A stretch of DNA of 64,000 nucleotides from an uncultured bacterium (GTDB lineage: Bacteria; Abyssobacteria; SURF-5). Position numbers and translations under genes: made by a program. Below the pieces are notes generated by a model. It was not told the DNA's origin. It searched no databases and saw nothing but the letters and a program-made list of their open reading frames with translations. Where the stretch lies: contig CAZSKP010000011.1 in the NCBI GenBank assembly GCA_964607485.1, positions 1 to 64,000 of the forward strand. Direction: 5' to 3'. Below are positions 41,221 through 53,797 of this stretch, piece by piece; the stretch's first letter is position 1; every line of letters begins with the position of its first letter.

Positions 41221-42638
41221 AAACGAAAAGACTCGCCGCAACCGTTGTATCCCTCGTGTGTTGTGCGCTTATTCTCACACTGGCGGCTCAGAGCTGGGCG
41301 GCCTCGGAGAAGGCGCTGAGGACCATCGAAAACTCGTTCGTCGATATCGCGGAGAAGGTAAAGCCCTCCGTCGTTCATTTGACCGCAGAGAAACGGCCGC
41401 TTAAAGGGCTGAAAGAACAGATGAACGAGGAAGATTTTTTCAAGATGTTCCCATTCCCGCACTTTAATCCCGAAGATTTCCGGGCCAATGCGGTGGGTAC
41501 CGGCGTGATCGTTGACAAGAGCGGGTACATTCTCACCAACAATCATCTCGTCGAGGATTCCGAAGATATAAAGGTCAAAATAAGCGACGGCGACAAGGGA
41601 AAGGTGTACGAAGGACGCGTGATAGGCCGTGATCCCGCCACCGACCTGGCCGTTATCAAGATCGAGCCCGACGCCCCCCTGCCCGAGGCCAAGCTGGGCG
41701 ATTCTTACAAGCTCAAGGTCGGCCAGTGGGCGATCGCCATCGGCGACCCGTTCGGGTTGGAGAAGACGGTCACGGTAGGTGTCGTCAGCGGATTGGGCCG
41801 CTCCCGCTTCGGCGGCCTGCTCGAAAGCGTCAGGTATCAGGACTTTATCCAGACCGACGCCTCCATCAATCCCGGCAACTCCGGCGGGCCACTCCTCAAT
41901 ATCGATGGTGAGGTAATAGGCATCAACACCTTCATCCAGAGCGCCGGTTCCGGAATAGGCTTTGCCATTCCCATCAACATGGCGAAGGAGGTCTACGAGC
42001 AGCTTGTCGAACACGGCGAGGTTGTCCGCGGGTTCCTCGGGGTTAAGATAGATGACCTCGATGAAGGCCTTGCGGCCGCCCTGAGTGTGCCCGACCTGAG
42101 CGGCGCACTTGTGATGGAAGTGATACCCGACACGCCGGCCGAGAAAGCCGGACTACGTCACGGCGACGTGATACGTAGTGTGGACGGCCAGGACATCGAA
42201 GACTCAAAGGCGCTTCAGCAAATCGTCTCACACAAGAGTCCCGGGGATAAGGTGCTCGTGAAGTTGCTGCGCAACGGCGAGCCGCAAGAACTCACGATTG
42301 AACTGAGCAAGTTTCCAACGAAACTCGCAGTCGCCGAAATTCCAGAGAAAAAGAAGAGCGTCCTGGGCCTGGCTGTCGAAGAGGTTCCGGAACAGTTGGC
42401 GCAACCGGGTGAAAAGGGAGTGTTTATCACCGAAGTCGAACCCGACGGGCCCGCGGATAAGGGTGGGCTTGCCAAGGGTGATATAATCCTTGAAGTGAAC
42501 ATGCAACAGATCAATGACGTAAGCGGCTTCGAGAAGATCACTGGTGACCTCAAGGCGGGTCAATGGGTGAGCCTCTATATCAGACGAGGCAACCAGACGA
42601 TTTACAGGGCGGTTAAGATTCCTTCGGACCAAGAGTAG
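41217..42638 (+). CDS. degP: Do/DegP serine protease with two PDZ domains
   Basis: LTNNH, TDLAV, QTDASINPGNSGG; signal peptide; ATGA overlap with glnD. Confidence 0.93.
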   Translation: MKTKRLAATVVSLVCCALILTLAAQSWAASEKALRTIENSFVDIAEKVKPSVVHLTAEKRPLKGLKEQMNEEDFFKMFPFPHFNPEDFRANAVGTGVIVDKSGYILTNNHLVEDSEDIKVKISDGDKGKVYEGRVIGRDPATDLAVIKIEPDAPLPEAKLGDSYKLKVGQWAIAIGDPFGLEKTVTVGVVSGLGRSRFGGLLESVRYQDFIQTDASINPGNSGGPLLNIDGEVIGINTFIQSAGSGIGFAIPINMAKEVYEQLVEHGEVVRGFLGVKIDDLDEGLAAALSVPDLSGALVMEVIPDTPAEKAGLRHGDVIRSVDGQDIEDSKALQQIVSHKSPGDKVLVKLLRNGEPQELTIELSKFPTKLAVAEIPEKKKSVLGLAVEEVPEQLAQPGEKGVFITEVEPDGPADKGGLAKGDIILEVNMQQINDVSGFEKITGDLKAGQWVSLYIRRGNQTIYRAVKIPSDQE

Positions 42639-42835
42639 CCGTGATTCATATCGGGCATCCGTCGGCCGGCCAATCTCTGATGTTGAGAGGGCTGGCCGTG
42701 GATCCCCGAAACGAGGGCCGAAGACCACTATAATGACTTGACAGATATGAAGTTAGGCACAAACATGAAACTCTCGGGCGAGGCCGGAATCGATGGGCCG
42801 GCCCCGGGCCGATTTGACGAAATTGAAATTGTTTT

Positions 42836-42863
42836 TTGTCTTTTCGGGAAAATGTGGTATAAT
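42836..42863 (+). promoter_or_regulatory. sigma70 promoter of the XRE gene
   Basis: TTGTCT-16 bp-TATAAT with extended TG and an AT-rich upstream tract. Confidence 0.65.
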
Positions 42864-42885
42864 GGACTGGACTGGAGGGGCTAAT

Positions 42886-43290
42886 ATGTCTATCGGTAAA
42901 ACGATCAGGAAGCGGCGCCAGGAAATTGGCATGAAAGCCAACGAATTGGCAAAGCGTATAGGTGTGAGTCAAAGCTTTCTGAGTAATATCGAGAACGACC
43001 TCAAGATACCCCGTTTCCTGCTCCTTCACAAAATCGCTCGCGAACTCAAGATGAGCCTGGCAGCTTTCGACGACATCGAGGGAGAAGGCAAGGGCTTCTC
43101 GGCAAAAGGAATAAAAGCCTCCGGACGCGAGCTCGCCATCCTTCGCGACAATGCGTTTGCACCCATGTTCGAGAAAGAGAGTCTGGGCAACCTTTCGGCT
43201 CTGGCAAAGAAAGAGCTCGCCGAATTCTACAGGGAAGTAAAGTCGATCGACAAGGAGAGAAGGAATCCGGACGGGACGCTGAAGGATTAG
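42886..43290 (+). CDS. XRE/Cro-CI HTH repressor (ImmR-like)
   Basis: IGKTIRKRR...ELAKRIGVSQSFLSNIEN; GGAGG RBS. Confidence 0.88.
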   Translation: MSIGKTIRKRRQEIGMKANELAKRIGVSQSFLSNIENDLKIPRFLLLHKIARELKMSLAAFDDIEGEGKGFSAKGIKASGRELAILRDNAFAPMFEKESLGNLSALAKKELAEFYREVKSIDKERRNPDGTLKD

Positions 43291-43314
43291 AGGAGACAGG
43301 CCGGAGGAGAGACA

Positions 43315-43857
43315 ATGCTCTACGACACCCTGGAGAAGCTGGAAAAGGAGACGGACTTCGGTTTCAACCAGCGACCGCTTGGTTACGGCGACTTCAAGCG
43401 TATCTGTAAGAAATATGAGATTTGCGTCAGAGAAAAACCGCTGTTGGGAGAACTCAAAGGAATCTTCACCTGGTACGAGACCAACCCTTATATTTGCATC
43501 AACTCACGGCTGCCGGAACGCGAGCGGACTTTTGTCTCGTTTTGCGAGCTCGGGCATTTTTTTCTGCATGACAAGAGCAACCACTTCTTCACCAAGATGC
43601 AGGACAAGTGGCAGCTGGGAGAGATGGAGTATCAGACGCGCGTATTCGCTTACCTGTGTATCGTTCCCACGTCCGACCTCGTGGAGATATTCACCGGGCG
43701 GAGAGGGTCGGGTAAGCCGATGAATTTTCGCTACCTCAGTGAACTGGCCGAGCTATACCATACGACCTTCCAGATTATCGATTCGCGGCTGCGTATTTTT
43801 TACGACTACATCTTTGTTCGCCCCGAGATCGTCGGCCGCAATGTGCCGTTGATGTAA
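43315..43857 (+). CDS. ImmA/IrrE (DUF955) metallopeptidase-like protein
   Basis: ICINSRL...R.FVSFCELGHFFLH...EYQT.VFA; follows the XRE gene. Confidence 0.8.
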   Translation: MLYDTLEKLEKETDFGFNQRPLGYGDFKRICKKYEICVREKPLLGELKGIFTWYETNPYICINSRLPERERTFVSFCELGHFFLHDKSNHFFTKMQDKWQLGEMEYQTRVFAYLCIVPTSDLVEIFTGRRGSGKPMNFRYLSELAELYHTTFQIIDSRLRIFYDYIFVRPEIVGRNVPLM

Positions 43858-43865
43858 ACGCGATC

Positions 43866-45602
43866 TCAGAATTTGCCCATCCACTCCGAGATGAGTGCAG
43901 CCTCCACTTCCATCACTTGCTTGTCGCTACCCGTAAGCGCGTAGTATGAATCTTCCCCTGGCGTCTTCTTCCCGATGAGCAGTCTCATGGGGCTACCCGC
44001 CTTGTTGCTCCAGAGCGTGACGATCAAGCTGGGAGAGTCGAACCCATAGGCCTTATCATCTTTTTCTTTCGGCCCGACGGTCTTGTATTTCAGTTCGCTC
44101 AAATCCCACAGAAATTGGTCTATCTCGTACGATTCCATCCCCAGCTTGTCGGGCACGTCCCATTGCACATCCTTGCGGGATATCTCGAATGACTTTCCTC
44201 CTGCGGCGAAGTCGATCTTTTCGATGTCGGCGGCGTTGAACCGAAGGACCGACTTATCCTTTATCTCATTCGGGCTCACGGTCAACGCGCTCAAAAGCCT
44301 CTCGCCGACCACGAGAATTTCTCCGCCCTCCCCTGTACGCGCATATATGTCGGGCCTTTCGTCGGTCCTGGAGAGGAGAAGCGTCGCTTGTGGTTTACCA
44401 TCTTCTTGCCATAGGCTCAATCTTATGAGAGGCCTCTCGAACGCCGGCTCGGCCGCCTTCGCTTCTTCCGGCCCCGGAAAACGCGACACCTTCGCGTCCT
44501 GCAATTCGGAAAGGAGAGATGCGATCCTGTCTTTATCGGCCACGGCTTGTTCCGGTTCGGTCAGCGTCCATTTCTGCGCATCTTCGGGGGAGCGCTCGGC
44601 CACGATACGGCCCTCCGGCGAGTCGGTCTCAAGCTTCTCGACTTTGGCGCGGTCGAATCTCACGAGACGCCTGTCCCGCCAGTCCTCGACGCCGGCCGGA
44701 AGGCTGTTGAGTATCCCAGCATCGAGTTCCAGCACTTGTGGTTGGTCGTCCCTGCGCGCATAAACGCTCTTCGAATCGGGCCCGGTCTGTTTGCCGAGTG
44801 AAAGGACCTTTGTTTCGCCGTCGAGAACAACCTCCACTCTCGCCGCGGGGGTTGCGAGACCATATTTCTCAAAGTCGGACGCCGCTTCCTCGACGAATTT
44901 CTTTACCCTGGCATACTTGATGGAGTCGAGCACGCGCGTAATCTTTCCGGCGTCGGCGCTGTGCCGCTCGGGCGAGGTCATCAACCACTCGCCTTCCGGA
45001 CGGCTCTCGAATGTGAAGGTCTGACCCTTGGGAGAAACGGTCAGCGCGCGGACGTCGGGCACCGAGAAATCGAACACTGTTTTGTCGCGCATGTCAAACA
45101 GGCTTCGGTCGATCTTGCTCTTCGCCGATTTTGAGACGGTAAAGACCTGCCCATCGCCGGTCCGCTTGACGTAGAAGTTGGCGCCGTCGGGAGTGAGCGT
45201 TCCGAGAAGCAGCCCGCCGATGTCTCCCTTCGATCCCTTGAGCTCGACCTCGGCCTCCGGCTCGCTCAAGCCGAAAGGCCCGAGGTCGGCCTGCTCGCCG
45301 ATGTCGCGCTCATACTTGAGGCCCGCCAACGTCTCCAGCATTTGATCGAGCGTCTTTCCTTCCGCAGGTGCGTTCACCGGTTCCGTTATAGTCCACTTGC
45401 CGTTCGCACACTGCGCCACGATGCGTTGTTCCGGTCTGCGCAGGGCTATCGTGGTCACATCTTTGCCATTGAAGTGAAGGAGGAGTTTCGCCGTTTGTTC
45501 TGCCTGCTTCCGCGCCTCTCCGCCCCTGAATTCGTAGAAGTAGAAGAATATCAGGAGCGCCGCAAAGATTATGAAGAAGACGAGCGTGCGCTTGTAACTC
45601 AC
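43866..45602 (-). CDS. DUF4340 domain protein
   Basis: N-terminal TM; repeated W...P...A, (F/Y)GL..P and RDK units. Confidence 0.85.
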   Translation of the reverse strand: MSYKRTLVFFIIFAALLIFFYFYEFRGGEARKQAEQTAKLLLHFNGKDVTTIALRRPEQRIVAQCANGKWTITEPVNAPAEGKTLDQMLETLAGLKYERDIGEQADLGPFGLSEPEAEVELKGSKGDIGGLLLGTLTPDGANFYVKRTGDGQVFTVSKSAKSKIDRSLFDMRDKTVFDFSVPDVRALTVSPKGQTFTFESRPEGEWLMTSPERHSADAGKITRVLDSIKYARVKKFVEEAASDFEKYGLATPAARVEVVLDGETKVLSLGKQTGPDSKSVYARRDDQPQVLELDAGILNSLPAGVEDWRDRRLVRFDRAKVEKLETDSPEGRIVAERSPEDAQKWTLTEPEQAVADKDRIASLLSELQDAKVSRFPGPEEAKAAEPAFERPLIRLSLWQEDGKPQATLLLSRTDERPDIYARTGEGGEILVVGERLLSALTVSPNEIKDKSVLRFNAADIEKIDFAAGGKSFEISRKDVQWDVPDKLGMESYEIDQFLWDLSELKYKTVGPKEKDDKAYGFDSPSLIVTLWSNKAGSPMRLLIGKKTPGEDSYYALTGSDKQVMEVEAALISEWMGKF

Positions 45603-46987
45603 GGGTGCCTGCTCCTCCTCACAAACACGTAGATGCCCCCGATGAGCGCGATGCCGGGGAGCACGATGACCGGCAACACGAACAGAAGCCTCGCGTCGGC
45701 CGGCGTCAGGATGACGGGCGAAAACTTTGTCTCCTTCGGCCGAATCGCGATCAACGTCTCCTCTTCGCCCAGCCAGTTGACGGCATTCATGAACAGGTCG
45801 GAGTTTCCCGAAAGACTGATTCTCGCGTTGGTAACGAAATCGGAATCGCCGAACACCACCATCGCGCCTCGCCTCGCCTGGGCGGGCTTTTCTCCTTTGC
45901 CTTCGGGCGGCTCTATCTCCGAGACGGCAGCAAGCGAGATCGGCCCCTGCGTATCTTTGGCGGCGTCAAATGAGGCGCTGCCTTGTTCCAGGGCTTCGAG
46001 GTCCGTCTCCGCCCAACTGCCTTCTCCGGTCCTGGCAAGCCACATCGTGTGTACTCCCGGCGCCTTGCTCGCGGAGACCGACCGGGCGACCACAAAGAAC
46101 GAGGCCACGTTGAAATTCTTTGTAATCGGATGGGTGGCGGAGTAAGTGGTCAGCACGGGCGTCAGATAGTCTCCACCGAACAGCCTGCTCAGGCGGTCGA
46201 TTACGATGTCGTCGCCCAGTTTCAGCCCGTATCGCTCGAGGAACGGCTTAAGCGAGGGCGCTGTCTGTGGGTCGATGAGGAAAAGCGCTCTTCCTCCGCC
46301 TTTCAAGTACTCTTCGATTGCGTTCAGTTCCGGTTCCGTCAGGTCCTCCTGCGGTCCGCATACCACGAGCAACGCACAGTCGTCAGGCACCTTTTCCATC
46401 CGCATCAGGACCAGCGTTTTGGGGTCATAGTTCTTGTCCTCGAGCAGTTTCTTCGCGGTGCTCAGGCCGGAGTCGTCCGTGCCGTCGAGCGCTCGCTCGC
46501 CGTGGCCCGTAAGGAAATAGACAGCTTTCTTCTTGCCACGGGTAACCTTGATGAGCGCATTGGTGACCTGTTCCTCGTCCATCTGCGTTATCGTCTCGCG
46601 CCCCTTTTCCCCCTCGAAGAAAGCCACGGGCACGCCATACCGGCGAACGTCCGCCTCATTGGCAAGGGTGGGGTTGAGGTCGGGATCGACCAGAGAGACA
46701 TCGACCATATTAGATTCATATCGGTACAGATCGAACAGATCCTTCACGTCCATGTACGCGGGGCTGGCTTTTGGAACGAAAGCAGTGACCTTTATGTGCT
46801 CATTCAGGTCACGGAGCACGTTGAGAGTCTGCTCGGAAAGGCTGTGGCGTTTGTTCGCGGTGAAGTCCTTGCGCCAGTTATGCCGGTAGGATAGCGTCCC
46901 GATGATACCGACGATGGCCACCGCCAGGGTGATGAGTATGGCAGTGTTAATTCCGTACCGGGTCGAGAGCCTAAGTCGCGGGTCCAT
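45599..46987 (-). CDS. GldG-like ABC auxiliary component
   Basis: DFT.NK.HSLS, YFLTGHGE, VFGDSDF, N..LFMNAVNWL. Confidence 0.88.
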   Translation of the reverse strand: MDPRLRLSTRYGINTAILITLAVAIVGIIGTLSYRHNWRKDFTANKRHSLSEQTLNVLRDLNEHIKVTAFVPKASPAYMDVKDLFDLYRYESNMVDVSLVDPDLNPTLANEADVRRYGVPVAFFEGEKGRETITQMDEEQVTNALIKVTRGKKKAVYFLTGHGERALDGTDDSGLSTAKKLLEDKNYDPKTLVLMRMEKVPDDCALLVVCGPQEDLTEPELNAIEEYLKGGGRALFLIDPQTAPSLKPFLERYGLKLGDDIVIDRLSRLFGGDYLTPVLTTYSATHPITKNFNVASFFVVARSVSASKAPGVHTMWLARTGEGSWAETDLEALEQGSASFDAAKDTQGPISLAAVSEIEPPEGKGEKPAQARRGAMVVFGDSDFVTNARISLSGNSDLFMNAVNWLGEEETLIAIRPKETKFSPVILTPADARLLFVLPVIVLPGIALIGGIYVFVRRSRHP

Positions 46988-46990
46988 GGG

Positions 46991-47772
46991 TCATGCCTTC
47001 CCTTTCCACTTGGCGATTTCCAACGACCGCAGCGTCAGAAACATAAACAGCGCAGCGAAACACACATAGTAGACAAGATCGTGTGTATCCAGCACCCCGC
47101 GTGCGAAGTCTTCCATGTGCTTGAAGAGCGACAGGTCGGCGAGCACGATGTTGTATGGCTGCGGCACGAGGTTCTCGGCCGCGCCAAACAGCCAGAACAG
47201 AAGCAGGAGGCCGTAGCTGACCGACACGGCGATAATCTGGTTTTCCGTCAGCGAGGAGACGAAGATGCCAAGCGCAACAAACGCCGCCCCGCTCAACAGC
47301 AGGCCGACGTAGCCCATCGTCACGCTGCCGAATTCCGGGTTCGCCACCTTTGCGCTGAGTGCGGGATAAACGAGCGTCAGCCCGAGCATGCAGGCATACA
47401 CCAGGAAGCAGGCGAGAAACTTCGACACAGCCACCTCGATGTCGCGTACCGGATAGGTGAGGAGCAGCTCTATCGTGCCCGTCTTTCTGTCTTCGGCAAG
47501 CGAGCGCATCGTGAGCATGGGAATCATCAGAAGCGACAGGAAGTTGAGCGTAAAGAACATCGGTTCCAGCACGTGTTCGGTCACGTTCAGACCGTACTGC
47601 TGCATCAGATACGGGTTTCTCGATATTTCGAGCGAGTCGTGGTAGAACAATGAGAACCGGAGAGAAAAAATGATGCCCGCCACCAGAAGAAACATGGCGA
47701 TGACGACGTATGCTATCGGCGACTGGAAATAGGAACGCAATTCCTTGCGGGTCAGCGTCAGGATATTTTTCA

Positions 47773-47776
<4 letters not shown>
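46991..47776 (-). CDS. ABC-2 permease (GldF-like)
   Basis: KELRSYF.SPIAY, TMRSLAED.K.GTIELLLT. Confidence 0.9.
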
Positions 47777-48711
<935 letters not shown>

Positions 48712-48747
48712 GGTGTGTCTCCCCGTTCCGCCCCTTTTTCGGTGACA

Positions 48748-48798
48748 CAAAATAAGGAGTCCTGCCTTCACCCGAAACTCCTGCGGGTGGAGGCAGGA
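48748..48798 (-). terminator. Terminator hairpin after groEL
   Basis: About 15-bp stem TCCTGCCTTCACCCG/CGGGTGGAGGCAGGA, then TTATTTT on the minus strand. Confidence 0.65.
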
Positions 48799-48834
48799 TC
48801 CGTGCGTGAGCTTCTCTTACGGGCGGAATGTCTT

Positions 48835-50782
<1,948 letters not shown>

Positions 50783-50961
50783 TCCTAACTCCTTTCGCTC
50801 ACCTATTGGTGAAGCCTACGAAACAAACTCCTTTCAATGGCTGGGACGTAACTGAGACACAAGTGAAGTTCTCCCGCGTGTTTGTCTTTCTTGCCTCCCT
50901 TCCAAGATACACCATCGAATCATTACTCGTGCTGTGATGACATATTGATTTTGTAACGAAG

Positions 50962-50977
50962 GCAATTGTGGTGCCAA
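50962..50977 (-). promoter_or_regulatory. sigma54 promoter candidate for groESL
   Basis: Minus strand TTGGCACCACAATTGC = TGGCAC-N5-TTGC. Confidence 0.6.
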
Positions 50978-51309
50978 CATGAACCGACCTTTCACAACTC
51001 TTTTTCAGGCAAGAAGTTGCAGATTCAGCGGCTTTCGGTCTCTGGTAGGATGATTCCAGCTCGCTTGCCCAAATGGCATGCTCAGGAGCGCCCCGTCGGG
51101 GCAAGGGTCATGCGAGATCGTCGGGGATTCTATCTCAAATTGAAACGTCTTCTGCGAGACGAGCGCGAAGGACTGAGTGCTCAACCCGGAGACCGGGCTA
51201 GCCTATCCCAATGTGAAACAGCGCGGCTGAAACGGACCACACAAGATCGCCTGCCCATTTGGCAGTGAGCCGTCCTTGTGCGCCTGCGCACGGGACGGCC
51301 GTGCTCAGG

Positions 51310-51969
51310 CTATTGCGGGGCTTGCTCCAGAAACCTCTCTATCTTTGCTTTCTCTTTGAGTTTTCCGAGGTACTTGTTCACTTCTTCATGAACCTTCTCC
51401 TGCTTCAGTTGCTGCTCAATCTTGTCCTTTATGTATTTCTCATAGTATTCTTTGACTTCCTCTTCGGGCACGGTAGTCTTCTGAACGAATTGCTTGTCGA
51501 TGAACTGCTGAATGGCCATCTCTTTCCTGAATTGAGATTCTACTTCGGCCTCGGAGAGATTCATCTTGCTCAGCCAATTCTTGAATTCGTCCTCGCTGGA
51601 AAATCGCTTCTTCAGCGTGCTCATTTGCTCATCGACCGCCGCCTGGTCGACTTTGATGCCCTCCTTCTCGCACTGCTGGTAGAGCACTTCCATGTCGACG
51701 AGATTCTCGAGGGCTTCCTTCTTGACTTCCGCCAACTGGTCGTCGCTGATGGGCTTTCCCATCATCAAAAACTGTCGCTGTACACGGTTCATCTCCCTGT
51801 CGAGGTCCGCCTGAGTGATTGCCGTTCCGTTAACCTTCGCCACCACATCCTCTGATGGCTGCTTGTTCTCTGAAGGCTGCTCGTCCGCCGCAAACGTCGG
51901 CGAAGCGGCCACTGCGAGGGCTAGAACCGCGACCAGCGTCCAGAACCAACGTCCAAAGTTTGTCCGCAT
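51310..51969 (-). CDS. SurA/PrsA-like chaperone, N/C core only
   Basis: Signal peptide, VVAKVNG..IT, LENLVD..VLYQ, C-terminal LKEKAKIE. Confidence 0.8.
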   Translation of the reverse strand: MRTNFGRWFWTLVAVLALAVAASPTFAADEQPSENKQPSEDVVAKVNGTAITQADLDREMNRVQRQFLMMGKPISDDQLAEVKKEALENLVDMEVLYQQCEKEGIKVDQAAVDEQMSTLKKRFSSEDEFKNWLSKMNLSEAEVESQFRKEMAIQQFIDKQFVQKTTVPEEEVKEYYEKYIKDKIEQQLKQEKVHEEVNKYLGKLKEKAKIERFLEQAPQ

Positions 51970-52107
51970 ATAATTTCTCCCTTCCGAATTTTTGCAAAAA
52001 ATAATAAGGGCGCTCGCCCTTTCTTTCAACGAGTATAAGCGAAATGGGGCCACGTGTCAAGGAAATCGCTGTCGCGACAGGCAAGGGAAAGTGGCGCACC
52101 CCGCCGC

Positions 52108-53523
52108 TCACCTTATGTAATAAAAATACTCGCAGGTGACTTCCTTCGTCTCGCCGGCGCCCAGCACGAGGTTCCAGCGGATGACGCTGTGCCCGGTGAG
52201 AGCGCGACTACCGCGGAAGTCGCTCCAATCCTCGCCCACGAAATCACTCACCACGATGTTGCCCTCGTCCGACGCCTCGGTCGCATTCCCGCCAAGCTCG
52301 CAGGTGATCATCAACGGAACTGACTCGCTTTTATGATTGGTCACCTGCAACGTGCCCTTCTTCGCAATGCGGACATAGTCGTTCCCGTCGAAATGAATTG
52401 CCCCCGGCTCCCGAGCGACTTCTTCCTCTGTGTAAGTCCCGCGCACGTCAACGGCGACCGTCAGGGGTAACTGGCATTTGGCCCCGACCGAGGTGTACGT
52501 AAGGAGTTCCTGGGCGACTGGCAGATAGCCGTCCATCACCATAGCGGCGCCCGTCGTCCAGGGGACATCTGTCCTGTTGGTCAACTCGATCTGGTGCCAG
52601 ACCTCGTTCTTGAGCAGTCTGATGGGAGATGCATGCTTGCCCCTGCCGGGTATCGCCTCGGTCCCGGACCGACTCAACCGGACATCCCACGTGTAAATAT
52701 GGCGAAAAGGAACTCTGGTCGATACCAGAGGAATCGCCGCCCTCTCGCCCGCCCGGAGTGTGAGCCGGGGAACGTGGTAGAGGAAGAGGTCCTGAGAGCC
52801 TTCGCCGACCAGTTCCGGCGGCAGGGAGGGCACTCCCGGCGCGGGAGCCTCCGTTTCGGCCGGCTGTCCGCGAAACTCTCCCACGCGCTGAGATAACAGC
52901 ACGTTCGACATGGATTGGCTCATGAGCTGTGGCGCAGCCTGTTGAAGCGCATTCCTCAGCGTTGCCTCGAGACTCATGGGCGACACGACGTCCTTGAAGC
53001 GGAAATTCGGGACGCCGACGACGAGGTCTGCCGCGACGCCAGTTAGATCCTCCGCCTCGTTCAGGATTTCCGCCTGCATCGCCATATCGGCCTCGCCGCT
53101 CTCGTGCAGGGAAATCCGATAGGTGGGAATCCAGCGAACGCCCGGACCGAAGTGGAGCAGCGTGAGCTTCACCTCCCGGTCCGCTGCATCCGGGCCGAAC
53201 TCCAGCAGCAGACTCTTCTCGGTCTCCTGGCGGGCCTGTCTCGGAATAATCCGCTGCTTCGCGGTGATGCTGTTCAACTTCCCCGTTTCCGGTATGGCCC
53301 AAAAGGAGCCGAGCACCATCGAATCGGGAATGCCTTCAACGAGAGCATCTCCACCCTGGTCGGCTTTGCCGGAAGCCCGCTTGACGAACATACAATAACC
53401 GTCCTTGAAAACGATGACCCGGACAGTCTCCACATCCAGCGTTCCCGAGGGATACGCCTCTGCAAAAACAGTCGCCGTGAACAGAACCAGCGCCGTGACG
53501 ACAGAAGCCGTAAAGCGAACCAT
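52108..53523 (-). CDS. DUF4139-like secreted protein
   Basis: Signal peptide, V.VFKDG, RWIPTY.I, LVVGVPNF, W...L..GE. Confidence 0.65.
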   Translation of the reverse strand: MVRFTASVVTALVLFTATVFAEAYPSGTLDVETVRVIVFKDGYCMFVKRASGKADQGGDALVEGIPDSMVLGSFWAIPETGKLNSITAKQRIIPRQARQETEKSLLLEFGPDAADREVKLTLLHFGPGVRWIPTYRISLHESGEADMAMQAEILNEAEDLTGVAADLVVGVPNFRFKDVVSPMSLEATLRNALQQAAPQLMSQSMSNVLLSQRVGEFRGQPAETEAPAPGVPSLPPELVGEGSQDLFLYHVPRLTLRAGERAAIPLVSTRVPFRHIYTWDVRLSRSGTEAIPGRGKHASPIRLLKNEVWHQIELTNRTDVPWTTGAAMVMDGYLPVAQELLTYTSVGAKCQLPLTVAVDVRGTYTEEEVAREPGAIHFDGNDYVRIAKKGTLQVTNHKSESVPLMITCELGGNATEASDEGNIVVSDFVGEDWSDFRGSRALTGHSVIRWNLVLGAGETKEVTCEYFYYIR

Positions 53524-53797
53524 CTCTTGCCCCCCTGTTCAAGAACCGTCTGCTTCCCCGTTCGGACTCTCGCCTCCGTCCTTGGCAGATACACGTTACC
53601 ACCTTTCAGTCAATCAAGTCAATTGCACATCCGAAGGTGAAACCCCAATAAGCTCCACTCCACCAATTCCTTGCGCGGCTCGCTCGGACGATTAACAAAT
53701 AGTTCGTTGCTCGGGTATTTCGGCGCGTGGTATTCCATTCAACAGAGAATCGGGACAAACAAATCTCGCAGTCGATGTTGGTCAATAGGAGGAGCAG

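Noticed and set aside
51157-51183. CIRCE-like GAGTGCTCA upstream of groES
   Set aside because: Only one half-site; no TTAGCACTC partner 9 bp away
53692-53706. Possible LexA box TAAC-AAATA-GTTC before the protease
   Set aside because: Mismatch and wrong spacing relative to GAAC-N4-GTTC
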